In this document: positions 1 through 10,130 of the stretch, piece by piece
Layout of the letters: each line of letters opens with the position of its first letter
How positions within the stretch are numbered: position 1 is the first letter of the stretch
Source: Candidatus Latescibacterota bacterium
Lineage (GTDB): Bacteria; Latescibacterota; UBA2968; UBA8231
NCBI GenBank assembly: GCA_965208105.1
Contig: OZ242318.1
Location: 768,001-832,000, forward strand
Reading direction: 5' to 3'
DNA length: 64,000 nt
Notes under the pieces: generated by a model
The model's database searches: none
The model's input: only the letters and a program-made list of their open reading frames with translations
What the model was told of the DNA's origin: nothing
Made by a program: the position numbers and the translations under genes

Positions 1-1282
1 CGCCTCCATGGGTCCGGACACCCCGACCTATTTCGACCCGGGGACCTATGTGCAGTCCGACGTCAACTTGAACTTCGACGTCACCTATCCCGTCAACGAG
101 CAGTTGCTCCTCGCCGCAGGCCTCGAACGCCGGACCGAAACATTCGAGATCGTCGAGGGACAGATCGAGTCCTACATCATCGGCCAACCTCTGGCCAGCC
201 AGGGATTCCAGCCGGCCACCAACGGGTTCTCCGGTTTCAGCAAGGTGGCCGCCGGGATTTGGGATCGGTCGAACACCGCCGTCTACGTGGAGGGAGACTT
301 CATGCCCATGGACCGGTGGCTGCTTGGCGTGGCTCTGCGCAACGAGAACTTCGATGATTTCGGCACCACCTCCAACTACAAGGTGGCCACCAACTACGGG
401 GTTACGGACGACCTGAGGGTGCGAGGCAGCTACAGCACCGGTTTCAGGGCGCCTACCCCCGGCCAGCAGAATGCCTTCAACATCACCACCGAGTTCAACT
501 TCGAGAAGAACGACCTGGTCAACAACGGCACGGTTCCTTCCACCAGCCGCGCGGTCGGGCTCGTCCTCGGTTTGGATGGCGGAGGGCCGTCACTCGATGC
601 TGAGAAGTCGGTCAACCTCTCTGCCGGCCTCGTCGTGGACCTGGGCATTGCCAGCGCGACCATTGACTATTTCAACATCAAGGTGAGCGACCGACTGACG
701 GTCTCGCAGGACTTCGCCCTTACCGAGGAACAGAGAGCCCAGCTGATCGCAGAGGGCTTGACCAGCGCGGCCGGTCTGCAGGAGTTCCGCTTCTTCACCA
801 ACGACTTCGACTCCGCCACCAACGGGATTGATCTCGTGGTCTCGGCGCCGGTGGGTTCGGGAACGCTTAACCTCGCCTACAACTACACCAGCAGCGAAGT
901 CACCGACCACAACCCGGACGTCCTGGACGCTCTCCGGCTCAAGGAACTGGAGGAGAACCTTCCCAAGCAGCGCGGGAATCTGACCCTGACCCAGGCTATG
1001 ACCGACCGCTGGAACGCGCTGGGACGGGCAAGCTACTTCGGCTCGTGGTACGACTCCGAGGACGATGAGACCTATAATGGCAAAGTTCTGTTCGACCTCG
1101 AGACCAGCGTCTCCTTCGGGGACGATTCATCCGCCATAGCCGTTGGCGCGCAGAATATCCTCAACACCTACCCGGATGAAAATCCGAACGCCGCCTCCAC
1201 CATCGGCAACAAGTACAGCCAGTTCAGCCCCTTCGGCTTCGGAGGCGCCTTCTGGTACGTGAAGTACAGCTACAGCCTCTAG
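1..1282 (+). CDS. TonB-dependent receptor, C-terminal part (5' end outside window)
   Basis: Barrel motifs LRVRGSYSTGFRAP, IDYFNIKVSDR, VGAQNILNTYP; aromatic C-terminal strand FWYVKYSYSL. Confidence 0.93.
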   Translation, partial: ASMGPDTPTYFDPGTYVQSDVNLNFDVTYPVNEQLLLAAGLERRTETFEIVEGQIESYIIGQPLASQGFQPATNGFSGFSKVAAGIWDRSNTAVYVEGDFMPMDRWLLGVALRNENFDDFGTTSNYKVATNYGVTDDLRVRGSYSTGFRAPTPGQQNAFNITTEFNFEKNDLVNNGTVPSTSRAVGLVLGLDGGGPSLDAEKSVNLSAGLVVDLGIASATIDYFNIKVSDRLTVSQDFALTEEQRAQLIAEGLTSAAGLQEFRFFTNDFDSATNGIDLVVSAPVGSGTLNLAYNYTSSEVTDHNPDVLDALRLKELEENLPKQRGNLTLTQAMTDRWNALGRASYFGSWYDSEDDETYNGKVLFDLETSVSFGDDSSAIAVGAQNILNTYPDENPNAASTIGNKYSQFSPFGFGGAFWYVKYSYSL

Positions 1283-1311
1283 GAACTGCGAACCGCAGTC
1301 CGGAGTTCTAC

Positions 1312-1345
1312 AAAGGCCGAGTACCGGTTCCGGTACTCGGCCTTT
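1312..1345 (+). terminator. Rho-independent terminator
   Basis: Perfect inverted repeat aaaggccgagtaccgg-tt-ccggtactcggccttt followed by T-rich tail. Confidence 0.85.
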
Positions 1346-1381
1346 ATTGTCCTATTTCTTCGCTATATCGAGGTCCCGGAC

Positions 1382-3019
1382 ATGTCCGCATCATACCACG
1401 ACACTTTGGAACACATCCGCCGAGCCTTTCCCCAGCCCGTATCCGACCCCATCCACGATTCCTACTTCGTCCACTCCATCATGCGCGCCCTGGACCAGGT
1501 GGACGGCCTCAAAATGAAGCTGCCGACCCTCGGTCCCGTGATTTCCGGCGACTTCGCCGAGGCCCGTAACGCCGCCATTCCCGCCTCCGTCTCTTCGGTT
1601 GAGGAAGTCACCTCGGACCTTGTGAAGTACCTCCGCGGCATGACCATCTCCAGTCATCCCCATACCCAGCAGAACGTCATCGCGCCGCCGACCATTCCCA
1701 GCCTCATCGCCGTCCTCCTCGCCTCGCTGCACAACCCCAACATCGCCTGGGACGAGTACAGCCGCCTGGTGGCCCTCGCCGAGGTCGAAGCCGTGGGCAT
1801 CACTGCTCGCATGGCCGGCTACGATCCAGAGAAGGCGGGCGGCGCCTTCACCTTCGGCGGCACCGGCACCTCCTTGTACGGGGTCAAAATCGGCCTGGAA
1901 AAGGCCTGTCCGGGTGCCATGCGAAGGGGCGTTTCAGACGAGGCGGCCGTCATTGTTTCGGACGCGGGCCACTACTGCGCCCACAACATCGCCGGATGGC
2001 TCGGAATCGGCACCGACCAGTTGATCACCGTTCCCACCAACGCCGAGAACGAAATCGACCTCGACCTGCTCGCCGAAGCGGCGCGGGAGGCCATTGCCAG
2101 CGGCCGAAAGATCGCCGCCATCATCGCCACCATGGGGACCACCGATGCCTTCGGGCTGGATGATCTGGAGGGGATCGCGGCCCTGCGCGACTCCCTGGTG
2201 GAGGAATTCCAGCTCCCCTACCGACCCCACATTCACGCCGACTCGGTCATCGGCTGGGCATGGTCGGTGTTCAACGACTACGATTTCAAGGAGAACCCTC
2301 TGGGGTTTAGGCCGCGGACCCTGCGCGCTCTCGCCGGGGCCTGCCGCCGCATACGCCACCTGCCCCTGGCCGATTCCCTCGGAGTCGACTTTCACAAAAC
2401 CGGCTATGCTCCCTACATCTCCAGCCTCGTCCTGGTGAAAGAGCGGCAGGACCTGGAATTGCTGATGCGGGATGCGAAGCAGATGCCCTACCTCTATCAC
2501 TTCGGCGACCATCGTCCCGGGATGTTCACCCTCGAGACCTCCCGGGCGGGGACCGGGCCCCTGGCCGCGCTGGCCAACTACCGCCTCCTCGGAGAGCAGG
2601 GGATGCGCGTCGCCCTCGGCCACATCGTGGAGATGACCCAACTCCTGCGCGAGCACCTCGAAGGACACGAATCCATTACCGTGCTCAACCGCGACAACTT
2701 CGGCACCGTTACCCTGTTCCGGGTATATCCCCCCGAGGTGGACACCTTCGCCATCAAGCGCCAGGAATTCGACGATCCCGCCTTCCGCGACAGCCTGCTG
2801 GCACACAACGAATACAACCGCAAGGTCTTCGACTACGTGCACGCCGAGGCCATGGCCGGCCGAGGCATCGTCATTTCCTCCACCGACTGCTACCGCCACA
2901 CCCTCTACCAGGAACCCATCGTCGCCCTGAAATCCTTCATCGTGTCCCCGTTCGTCGACGAAAGCCACGTCCACACCGTGGTGGCAAAGGTCCTGGAAGC
3001 CAGAGAAAAGGTGGCCTGA
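1382..3019 (+). CDS. Group II PLP-dependent decarboxylase
   Basis: FTFGGTG, ATMGTTDAFGLD, HIHADSVIG, DSLGVDFHKTGY (PLP lysine). Confidence 0.9.
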   Translation: MSASYHDTLEHIRRAFPQPVSDPIHDSYFVHSIMRALDQVDGLKMKLPTLGPVISGDFAEARNAAIPASVSSVEEVTSDLVKYLRGMTISSHPHTQQNVIAPPTIPSLIAVLLASLHNPNIAWDEYSRLVALAEVEAVGITARMAGYDPEKAGGAFTFGGTGTSLYGVKIGLEKACPGAMRRGVSDEAAVIVSDAGHYCAHNIAGWLGIGTDQLITVPTNAENEIDLDLLAEAAREAIASGRKIAAIIATMGTTDAFGLDDLEGIAALRDSLVEEFQLPYRPHIHADSVIGWAWSVFNDYDFKENPLGFRPRTLRALAGACRRIRHLPLADSLGVDFHKTGYAPYISSLVLVKERQDLELLMRDAKQMPYLYHFGDHRPGMFTLETSRAGTGPLAALANYRLLGEQGMRVALGHIVEMTQLLREHLEGHESITVLNRDNFGTVTLFRVYPPEVDTFAIKRQEFDDPAFRDSLLAHNEYNRKVFDYVHAEAMAGRGIVISSTDCYRHTLYQEPIVALKSFIVSPFVDESHVHTVVAKVLEAREKVA

Positions 3020-3024
3020 AGCTC

Positions 3025-4389
3025 CTACTTCTCTCCGTCAGCCACGGCCTCGCGGATCTCGCGGATGCTGCTCTCGAGCCGGTCCAGGCGCTGGTTGGCG
3101 TCCTTGATGTCTTCTTGAATTTTGCTCACCATACCGGCCTGCTCCTCGAGCTCGTCGGCCTTCAGGGAGTCCTCGTCCTTGACCAGGATGCTGGTCAGGG
3201 TAGCCGTGAACACCCCCACTAGGACCATGCCGGTGATCACCAGGAAAACGGTGAGGATCTTGCCCGAAGCGGTTTCGGGATTGTGGATGTCGGCGTAGCC
3301 GCCGGTGACAAGGGTGGTGAAGCTCCACCAGAGGCTGGGCCCGAATCCCGAGCCGGTCTCCATGCGCTCCAGGCCCATGAAGATGAAGGCGCCGAACAAC
3401 AGCGACAGCAGGCCGTAGAGCAGGGAGCGCTTGAGGAGCCTGACGTCCAGGGTGGAGCTCAGGTGGTCCATGCCGCGCCAGAAGAAAAGCCCGATGCGGA
3501 ACAGCCTCAGCGCCCTCAAGATCCGCACCGCACGGAGCAGCCGGCCCAGGCGCACGATCCCCAGGTCGCCGGAGGCGGCGATGACCTGGACCGGAGGCAG
3601 GGGAATGGAGGTTATGAAGTCGATCCAGTTGTTCTTCCAGTACCACTTCTTGGAGGCGGCGAGACGGTGCTCGAAGAAGAAGTTGGCCATGAAAAGACCG
3701 CAGCACACCACGTCGATGATCCAGAATATCCACAACGTGCTCACCGGGAAGTGCGGCAGGACCTCCACGACGGGCTCGGCATAGTTCTCCCCGCCGTCGA
3801 TGATCTTCACCTGCGCCAGCCTGCCATCCACCACTTCTCCCGAGGCCAGAGCGTGGGAGCCTTGCTCATCGGCAATGTGAATGTTCACCCGCTCATACCC
3901 TTCTCCCCCGTTCACGATGGCGATGCGGGATATCCTTCCATCCTTCACTTCGGCGGTTGCAACCGCACCCCCGCCGGCGGCCCCGATGCCGAGAAGGTCG
4001 ACGACCAGAATCGTAACCAGGAAGAGAATGAGGAAGAAGATGATCAGGTCCTTGACCCTCACCCGGGCGGCGCTGCCCAGAACCCTGGCCTGCTCCTCGA
4101 AGAGATGTTTCTTCTGGCGCGCCTGCTCGAGCACCCTGACCTTGTCCAGCAATTTCTCCTTTTCCTCGTTCAGCCTGGAGATCCGCCCTTCGGCCTTGTC
4201 GAGGTTCAGCTCGTACTGGCCGTGCCTCTTGATCAGACTGACCGTTTCAACTTCTCCGGTCATGGCGTCGATCGCCTTTTCTTCGGCCGATAGCTGCAGG
4301 TCGATCCGCTCGATCTCCTGCATTACCACGTCCTTCATCCGGGTAATGCGTTCGAGGGAGCAGGATTCCAGTCGCTTCAAGAATGACAT
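3025..4389 (-). CDS. 6TM voltage-gated-type cation (K+) channel with extracellular insertion
   Basis: S4 RLGRLLRAVRILRALRLFR; pore LWWSFTTLVTGGYADIHNP; NWIDFITSIP; N- and C-terminal coiled coils. Confidence 0.88.
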   Translation of the reverse strand: MSFLKRLESCSLERITRMKDVVMQEIERIDLQLSAEEKAIDAMTGEVETVSLIKRHGQYELNLDKAEGRISRLNEEKEKLLDKVRVLEQARQKKHLFEEQARVLGSAARVRVKDLIIFFLILFLVTILVVDLLGIGAAGGGAVATAEVKDGRISRIAIVNGGEGYERVNIHIADEQGSHALASGEVVDGRLAQVKIIDGGENYAEPVVEVLPHFPVSTLWIFWIIDVVCCGLFMANFFFEHRLAASKKWYWKNNWIDFITSIPLPPVQVIAASGDLGIVRLGRLLRAVRILRALRLFRIGLFFWRGMDHLSSTLDVRLLKRSLLYGLLSLLFGAFIFMGLERMETGSGFGPSLWWSFTTLVTGGYADIHNPETASGKILTVFLVITGMVLVGVFTATLTSILVKDEDSLKADELEEQAGMVSKIQEDIKDANQRLDRLESSIREIREAVADGEK

Positions 4390-4529
4390 TGCGGTCTACT
4401 CTGACTCCGGTTCAGGCTCGGTTCGAGACCGGGTGCGCTTCGAGCAGGATTGCTGGGTATGACTGCTATGTAAGAATAAAATAACAGGGATGGGAGAATG
4501 GGGAAAGAACAGGGCGCCCGGGAGCTCGG

Positions 4530-5465
4530 TCATCCACCGTTCAAGGTGGCGCAGGCGAGGGCGAGGATGGCATCGGGCGCCTGCCAGAACCCCGACCAGC
4601 TCCGGCCTCCATCCTCACTGCGATAGAGCCGGTCTTCGACAGCCGCCCACGCGGTCCCCCCGGCGTCGAAAGCGAGGTGGAAGGTATCGATATTGCCCCT
4701 GACCTCGGGGAACCCGGCGACCGCCCGGGTCCAGGTGCGGGCGGCGTCGCCGGAGAAATAGAGCTGGCCCTTCACGTCACCTCGGCCGCCGGGCCCGAGG
4801 CTGACGCTGGCCAGCAGGCAGTCGGAATCGCGCGGGTGGACCGCGACGGCGCGGCCGTAGCGGTTTTCCAGTCCCTCGGCGCGATGTTCCCAGGAATAGC
4901 CGTAGTCGTCGCTGACGAATACCGCGTCAGCGGTGTTGGCGTAGAGGCGCCCTTCGGTGCCGGGAGCGGCGGCCACTTGATGCACGTCAGGGTGCAGGTC
5001 GGGTGTCACCGGCTCCCAGGTGGCGCCGAGGTCGGGCGAGCGCATGATGCTGCCCACGTGGATGTCGGCGAAGACCCAGTCCCCGCTGCGCGCCAGGCTG
5101 CGCACCGCCGGAGGGCCGCCCCAGGGGGTAAACCAGGTGCTGCGGCAGTCCAGGGCGTCGAAGGACTCCAACCGCTGTGCCGGCCCTTCTTCTCCGTCGA
5201 GGAGGTAGAGGTGGGGCGGCTCGGTGCCCAGCAGCACCTGCAGGGGATCCTCGGACACAAGCGCCATGCACTCCACCGGGCCGTCCATGCCGGTCGCCCT
5301 CGTTTGGGAGCGGCTGCCGGCGAGAACAACCACCTGGCCGGCGGCCAGGCCGACGGCGGAGGAGCGGACGCCCTCGGCGAGGCAGCGGATGCCCTCGCAG
5401 GTCAGGATTGGGATGGGGGTTCCCTCCTCCAACGAGAATACCCGGGTGCTGGTGGCTATGAGCAC
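4530..5465 (-). CDS. BNR/Asp-box beta-propeller protein
   Basis: Repeated SxDxGxxW (SPDLGATW, SDDYGYSW, SEDGGRSW); GTG start after AAGGAGG. Confidence 0.82.
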   Translation of the reverse strand: MLIATSTRVFSLEEGTPIPILTCEGIRCLAEGVRSSAVGLAAGQVVVLAGSRSQTRATGMDGPVECMALVSEDPLQVLLGTEPPHLYLLDGEEGPAQRLESFDALDCRSTWFTPWGGPPAVRSLARSGDWVFADIHVGSIMRSPDLGATWEPVTPDLHPDVHQVAAAPGTEGRLYANTADAVFVSDDYGYSWEHRAEGLENRYGRAVAVHPRDSDCLLASVSLGPGGRGDVKGQLYFSGDAARTWTRAVAGFPEVRGNIDTFHLAFDAGGTAWAAVEDRLYRSEDGGRSWSGFWQAPDAILALACATLNGG

Positions 5466-5720
5466 GGCCGTCCTCCTTGCCAAGGTTCCGAAAAGCCGAA
5501 CCCGCCGGCCCTCGGCAAGACGCCCCGGGGCCGGCGGGTTCGGTAGCAGCCTGTTGCCCCTATGAAACCAAGCTCTCCTCCCCATGTCAAGCCCGCATTG
5601 CGTCCACTGGATGGGATCTGACTCCAACAATCCAGATTCCCCCGGCTTATCCGCCTGCTGGCATGGCCGGCCCTGCATGGTTAGATTGCACACCCTGCCA
5701 CATTCCAAGGAGGACAGGCC

Positions 5721-6131
5721 GTGAAAACCCCCACCCTGCTCGTCGTCCTGGCGGTCTTGGGGATCTCTTGTTCCCCCCTGACCACGAAGACCGATATGGT
5801 CTTCGATCCCCTGCCCGAGGGTCCCGCCACCTTCGACCTGGTGCAAAAGACCGTATTCAACGGCTCCTGCGCTCTGAGTGGCTGCCATCGAAACAACGTC
5901 GCCCCAGACCTTTCGGCGGGCAGGTCCTACGCCGCCATCGTCGACGTGAGGAGCAGCCGCCGCATGGCCCTGGTGGAGCCCGGCGATGCGGACAACAGCT
6001 ACCTATATCTCAAAGTCATTGCGGACGCCGAGATCTCCGGGCGCCGAATGCCTCCCGGTGGACCGTACCTTAGCGCCGAGGAGATCGAACTGGTGCGCGC
6101 CTGGATAGAACGGGGCGCTCCCGACGACTGA
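5721..6131 (+). CDS. Lipoprotein with c-type cytochrome-like domain
   Basis: Lipobox LGISC; CALSGCH; VEPGDADNSYLYLKV...RMPP...IELVRAWIERGA; RBS AAGGAGG. Confidence 0.78.
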   Translation: MKTPTLLVVLAVLGISCSPLTTKTDMVFDPLPEGPATFDLVQKTVFNGSCALSGCHRNNVAPDLSAGRSYAAIVDVRSSRRMALVEPGDADNSYLYLKVIADAEISGRRMPPGGPYLSAEEIELVRAWIERGAPDD

Positions 6132-6180
6132 TCGGTATTCGGACTGCCCGCCTCCCGCCAGACCAATTTTGGAAAAACTC

Positions 6181-6756
6181 ATGTGCCGATTTATTCCCGT
6201 GCTCATCTGCCTGCCCATCGCGGTCTTCGGAGTTGAATGGCAGGTGGACAAGAATGCCGCCGACAACAAGGTGAAGTTCACTTCCAAGGTGGCGGGCTTC
6301 GCCTTCTCGGGCGTCACCGACCGGATCGACGGCTTCATCTACCGGGAAGAAGCGCCTGTCTTCGCAACCGGGAACCAGCTTCACTTCGAGGTGGACCTGG
6401 CCAGCTTCGCCACCGGCATTGGCAAGCGCGACCGGGACATGCGCCAGGTGCTGGACACCGACAGGTGGCCGAAGGCGGTGTTCAAGGGGGAAATCGCCGG
6501 GCACGCCGCGGTGGATTCGAGCGTGGCCGCCCATCGCCTCCAGACCAAAGGGATCCTTTCGCTGCACGGAGTGGACCGCGCCGTGGAAGTTCCCGGCACC
6601 TGGGTAGTGGTGGATGAAGGGAGAGCCAGGGTCCAGGCCTCCTTCACCCTGGAGCTGGCCGACCACCGCATCGAGGCGCCTTCCCTGGCGGCCTTCGTCA
6701 AGGTGAGCCAGGAGATTGCCCTCGAAGTTGCGTTCCACCTGAAGCAGGTCAAATGA
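6181..6756 (+). CDS. YceI family polyisoprenoid-binding protein
   Basis: Signal peptide; FATGIGKRDRDM, LSLHGVDR. Confidence 0.88.
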   Translation: MCRFIPVLICLPIAVFGVEWQVDKNAADNKVKFTSKVAGFAFSGVTDRIDGFIYREEAPVFATGNQLHFEVDLASFATGIGKRDRDMRQVLDTDRWPKAVFKGEIAGHAAVDSSVAAHRLQTKGILSLHGVDRAVEVPGTWVVVDEGRARVQASFTLELADHRIEAPSLAAFVKVSQEIALEVAFHLKQVK

Positions 6757-7646
6757 GAAAGGAGGTATGGACCGTGAATTTCCGCGCCATTTGCATCGCC
6801 GCTCTTTGTGGAGGGCTGTCGCCCTCCCTGGCCGCTGCCCAGCCGTCGTGGCAGGCCAGCGCGACTGCCGCCCCTGCCAGAGTCGAGCTCTTCCGCGCCA
6901 TCAGGACGGCCAACTACCCCACCACCGAAACCCTGTACCGGGGCGACTTCCACTACGAGATTTCGCACCGCTTCCTGCCTGCCATCGAGGAGGGCTACAG
7001 GGCGAACTTCGGGTTCGACGGTCCGGCCAACATCCGCACCTCCCTCAGCTACGGTCTCAGCGACCGCCTGATGGCCACCCTGGGAAGGAGCAACGTGCTG
7101 GACAATCTGGACCTGCAGCTGCAGTACCGCTGGCTGCAGGTCCCCCAGGCGACCGCACCCCTGGTCCTGGCCCTCAACGCCGGTCTGGCCTGGAACACGG
7201 ACATGCCGGCCTACGTCAAGCGCGGCGCCGCCTCCCGCGACAATCTGCAGTACTACTTCCAGCTCGTGGTCAATACCCTGGTGCAGGAAAGGCTGGGACT
7301 GGGGCTGGTACCTTCCTACCTGCACAACAGCTCCATCTTCAGCGTCGACAGGCAATACACCATCACCCTGGGGACCTACGTCCACTACTACTTCGACCGC
7401 ATGTGGGGCGTCTGGGTCGAGTACAGTCCTACCCTGGCCGGGTACCAGGGAATCATCCAGCGCCAACCGGGCCGCTCCCACAACTCCCTCGCCTGGGGCC
7501 TGTCGCTGGATACCGGGGGCCATACCTTCTACGTTTTCGCCACCAACAATACCCGCCTGAGCCCCGCCCAGTACCTGGTTGGAGCTCCGGACAACGCCGC
7601 CCCGGCAAACTGGCGCCTGGGCTTCGGGATTACCCGCTTTCTGTAA
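6753..7646 (+). CDS. DUF5777-like outer-membrane beta-barrel
   Basis: ISHRF...FGFDGPANIR, DTGGHTFYVFATN, C-terminal WRLGFGITRF; overlaps the yceI stop. Confidence 0.82.
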   Translation: MRKEVWTVNFRAICIAALCGGLSPSLAAAQPSWQASATAAPARVELFRAIRTANYPTTETLYRGDFHYEISHRFLPAIEEGYRANFGFDGPANIRTSLSYGLSDRLMATLGRSNVLDNLDLQLQYRWLQVPQATAPLVLALNAGLAWNTDMPAYVKRGAASRDNLQYYFQLVVNTLVQERLGLGLVPSYLHNSSIFSVDRQYTITLGTYVHYYFDRMWGVWVEYSPTLAGYQGIIQRQPGRSHNSLAWGLSLDTGGHTFYVFATNNTRLSPAQYLVGAPDNAAPANWRLGFGITRFL

Positions 7647-7680
7647 GCTCCGGCACCGTGAGAAGCCCGGGGACTCCCGG

Positions 7681-7710
7681 TTGACAGTGCGGGCGGCGGC
7701 GGTCTAATTT
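7681..7710 (+). promoter_or_regulatory. sigma70-like promoter
   Basis: TTGACA-18nt-TAATTT upstream of ORF 7744. Confidence 0.5.
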
Positions 7711-7743
7711 TGGGCTCCAATCATCAGCGAAAGGAGCGATGCA

Positions 7744-8298
7744 ATGCCCGATGTAATCGTGGTGGGGGATGGTCCGGGTGGATTGAGCGCGGCCCTCTTC
7801 CTGGCAAAAAACGACATGAGCGTAACCGTCTTCGGCCAAAACGAGACCCTGATGCACAAGGCCATGCTCTACAATTACCTGGGAATCCCCAAGATCGAGG
7901 GGCCCGAGTTCCAGCGCATCGGCCGCGAGCAGGTGCGCGGCTTCGGAGGCCGGATCGAGGACATCGAAATCAGCCGGGTCGAAAGGAGCGCTGACGGGTT
8001 TGCGGTGGAGACCGCCGACGGGGGCAGCCACCATGCCCGCTATCTCATTCTGGCCACCGGGCCCAGCAACCCCCTGGCGGAAAGCCTGGGGGTGGCCAAG
8101 GGCTCGGAGGGGCTGGAGGCCGACCGCAACGGCCGGACCGGTGTGGATGGGCTCTACGTCCTGGGATGGAGCAGCCGCCTCAAGAAGATCCAGGCGATCA
8201 TCTCCGCCGGCGACGGGGCCTGCGCCGCCCTGGACATCCTCTCGGCCAGGGCCGGAGAGGATATGCACGACTTCGATCTGATCGCAGACGAGGCTTAG
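7744..8298 (+). CDS. Small FAD-dependent oxidoreductase (thioredoxin-reductase-like)
   Basis: VIVVGDGPGGLSAA, LILATG, QAIISAGDG. Confidence 0.85.
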   Translation: MPDVIVVGDGPGGLSAALFLAKNDMSVTVFGQNETLMHKAMLYNYLGIPKIEGPEFQRIGREQVRGFGGRIEDIEISRVERSADGFAVETADGGSHHARYLILATGPSNPLAESLGVAKGSEGLEADRNGRTGVDGLYVLGWSSRLKKIQAIISAGDGACAALDILSARAGEDMHDFDLIADEA

Positions 8299-9263
8299 TC
8301 CTGGAACGAAAGGACCCGACCTCCATGGGCCGAGCGGGTGGCGGCCAGGGTCAGCTCCAGGGTGCGGACCGCTTCGGCGTAGTCGCAGCGGATCTCCCCC
8401 GCATCACCGGACTGCACCGCATCGATGAAGGCACTGTCCTCGGCGCGCGTCGGATCGTTGCCGAGCTCGACCACCTCGCGGCCATCCGGGCGCTCGATGG
8501 TGAGGGAGCCTGGGTCGAGGCGCAAAACCTGGCTGCGCTGGTAGAGGTCCAGGCCGACGTGCCCGCCCGCGGTGAGCATGCAGGCCGAGGTGATGCTGGC
8601 CACCGCGCCGCTTTGAAAGCGCAGATTGGTGACGGAGGCGTCGTGCACATCGTAGTTTTCCACCTCCTGCATCAGGCCGCTGCGCGCCATGGCGTGAACA
8701 TCGGTGACCTCGCCGAGCAGATAGCGGGCAAGGTCGAAAATGTGGGTGGTCTGCTCCACCATCTGACCGCCGCTCTCGGCCAGGACCCGCCACCAGGAGA
8801 CCCCGGGCATGCCTCCCATCCAGGCGCCGAGAGCATAGCCCACCGGCTCGTCCCCGAGACACTCGGCGGCGCGCTCGGTGGTGTCCATGTAGCGCCAATG
8901 GTAGCCCACTGCGCTCGGCAGATTTTTCTCCGCGATCGCCGCGGCGATGCGGCGCGCCCTGTGCAGCGAGGTGGCCACCGGCTTTTCGACGAAGATGGGA
9001 AGGCCGCGCTCGATGGCTGCAAGCTCCTGCTCCTGGTGGGCAAAGGGGGGCAGGCAGATGAACACGGCGTCCAGATCCCCACCGTCGTACATGTCTTCGC
9101 AGCGGCCATAGGCCTTCCCTCCGTAGGTCGCGGCCGCTTCCCGCGCCTTCTCCTCCACCACGTCGCTGAAGGCCACCATCTCGGCGGCGTCGATGGCGGC
9201 CAGGGTCCGCATGTGGTGGTTGGCGATGCCGCCGGCGCCCACGAATCCTATTTTTACCGTCAT
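8295..9263 (-). CDS. Gfo/Idh/MocA oxidoreductase
   Basis: KIGFVGAGGIA, FVEKP, SGGQMVEQTTHIFD. Confidence 0.92.
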   Translation of the reverse strand: MTVKIGFVGAGGIANHHMRTLAAIDAAEMVAFSDVVEEKAREAAATYGGKAYGRCEDMYDGGDLDAVFICLPPFAHQEQELAAIERGLPIFVEKPVATSLHRARRIAAAIAEKNLPSAVGYHWRYMDTTERAAECLGDEPVGYALGAWMGGMPGVSWWRVLAESGGQMVEQTTHIFDLARYLLGEVTDVHAMARSGLMQEVENYDVHDASVTNLRFQSGAVASITSACMLTAGGHVGLDLYQRSQVLRLDPGSLTIERPDGREVVELGNDPTRAEDSAFIDAVQSGDAGEIRCDYAEAVRTLELTLAATRSAHGGRVLSFQD

Positions 9264-9368
9264 GAATAACTCCTGTGAACGATGGGTGAAATACCGGCGC
9301 GAGCGCATCCGGAGCCGCGCCCGGTGGATGGCATGGTATGGCCGCCCACCAGGGCTGTCAAGTCAGCC

Positions 9369-10130
9369 ATGGAGATGAAGACCGCACCGACCTCATCACC
9401 TGGGGGCCGACTGAAGGACTACAAGGCCCATTACCGGGCGGACGCCGAGGCCATCGTCGACCCGAGCGCCCTGGAATCCGGGCGGCGCGCCTCGGAGCAA
9501 CGCCGGCTGGAAACCCTGGTCCGCATGCTCGCTCCGCGCCGCGGCGAGCGCGTCCTCGACATCGGCTGCGGATCGGGCTGGCTGGGGGCGTGCTGCCAGC
9601 CCCGCGGAGCCAGGGTCTGCGCCATGGACATCGGCAGGGTGGGGGTTTCCGGCGCCAGGGCGCGCTTCCCGGAGGCGGCCTCCTACCAGGTCGGAGACGT
9701 CTACCACCTTCCCTTCGCGGCGGAGAGCTTCACAGCCGTGGCCCTGTCCGAGGTAATCGAACATCTGGAGGACATTGACGCGGCCCTGGCCGAGGCGCGC
9801 CGGGTCCTGCTCCCGGGGGGAAGGATGGTGGTGAGTGTTCCCTACCGCGAGACCATCGTCGAGCACCTGTGCATCCACTGCAACAGGCCGACCCCGGCCA
9901 ACGCCCACCTCCACCGCTTCGACCGCGAGGCCCTGGCCTCCTGCCTCGAGCGCCAGGGCCTGGAAATCAGGGCGGTGCGGCTGATGACCAACAAGCTCCT
10001 GGAGCTGGCCGGCTTCCCCCGCCTCAGCACCGGCTGGCCCTACCCGGCCTGGCGCCTCGCCGACGCGATCCTCAACAGGATCCTGCCGAAGCCGGCCTTT
10101 CTCTGCATGCTCGGCATACGCCCCGAATGA
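9369..10130 (+). CDS. Class I SAM-dependent methyltransferase
   Basis: VLDIGCGSG, LSEVIEHL, RVLLPGG; CIHC...HLH near C-terminus. Confidence 0.88.
   Translation: MEMKTAPTSSPGGRLKDYKAHYRADAEAIVDPSALESGRRASEQRRLETLVRMLAPRRGERVLDIGCGSGWLGACCQPRGARVCAMDIGRVGVSGARARFPEAASYQVGDVYHLPFAAESFTAVALSEVIEHLEDIDAALAEARRVLLPGGRMVVSVPYRETIVEHLCIHCNRPTPANAHLHRFDREALASCLERQGLEIRAVRLMTNKLLELAGFPRLSTGWPYPAWRLADAILNRILPKPAFLCMLGIRPE

Noticed and set aside
5466-5888. N-terminal extension of the BNR protein ORF
   Set aside because: It overlaps the divergent lipoprotein gene; the RBS supports the GTG at 5465.
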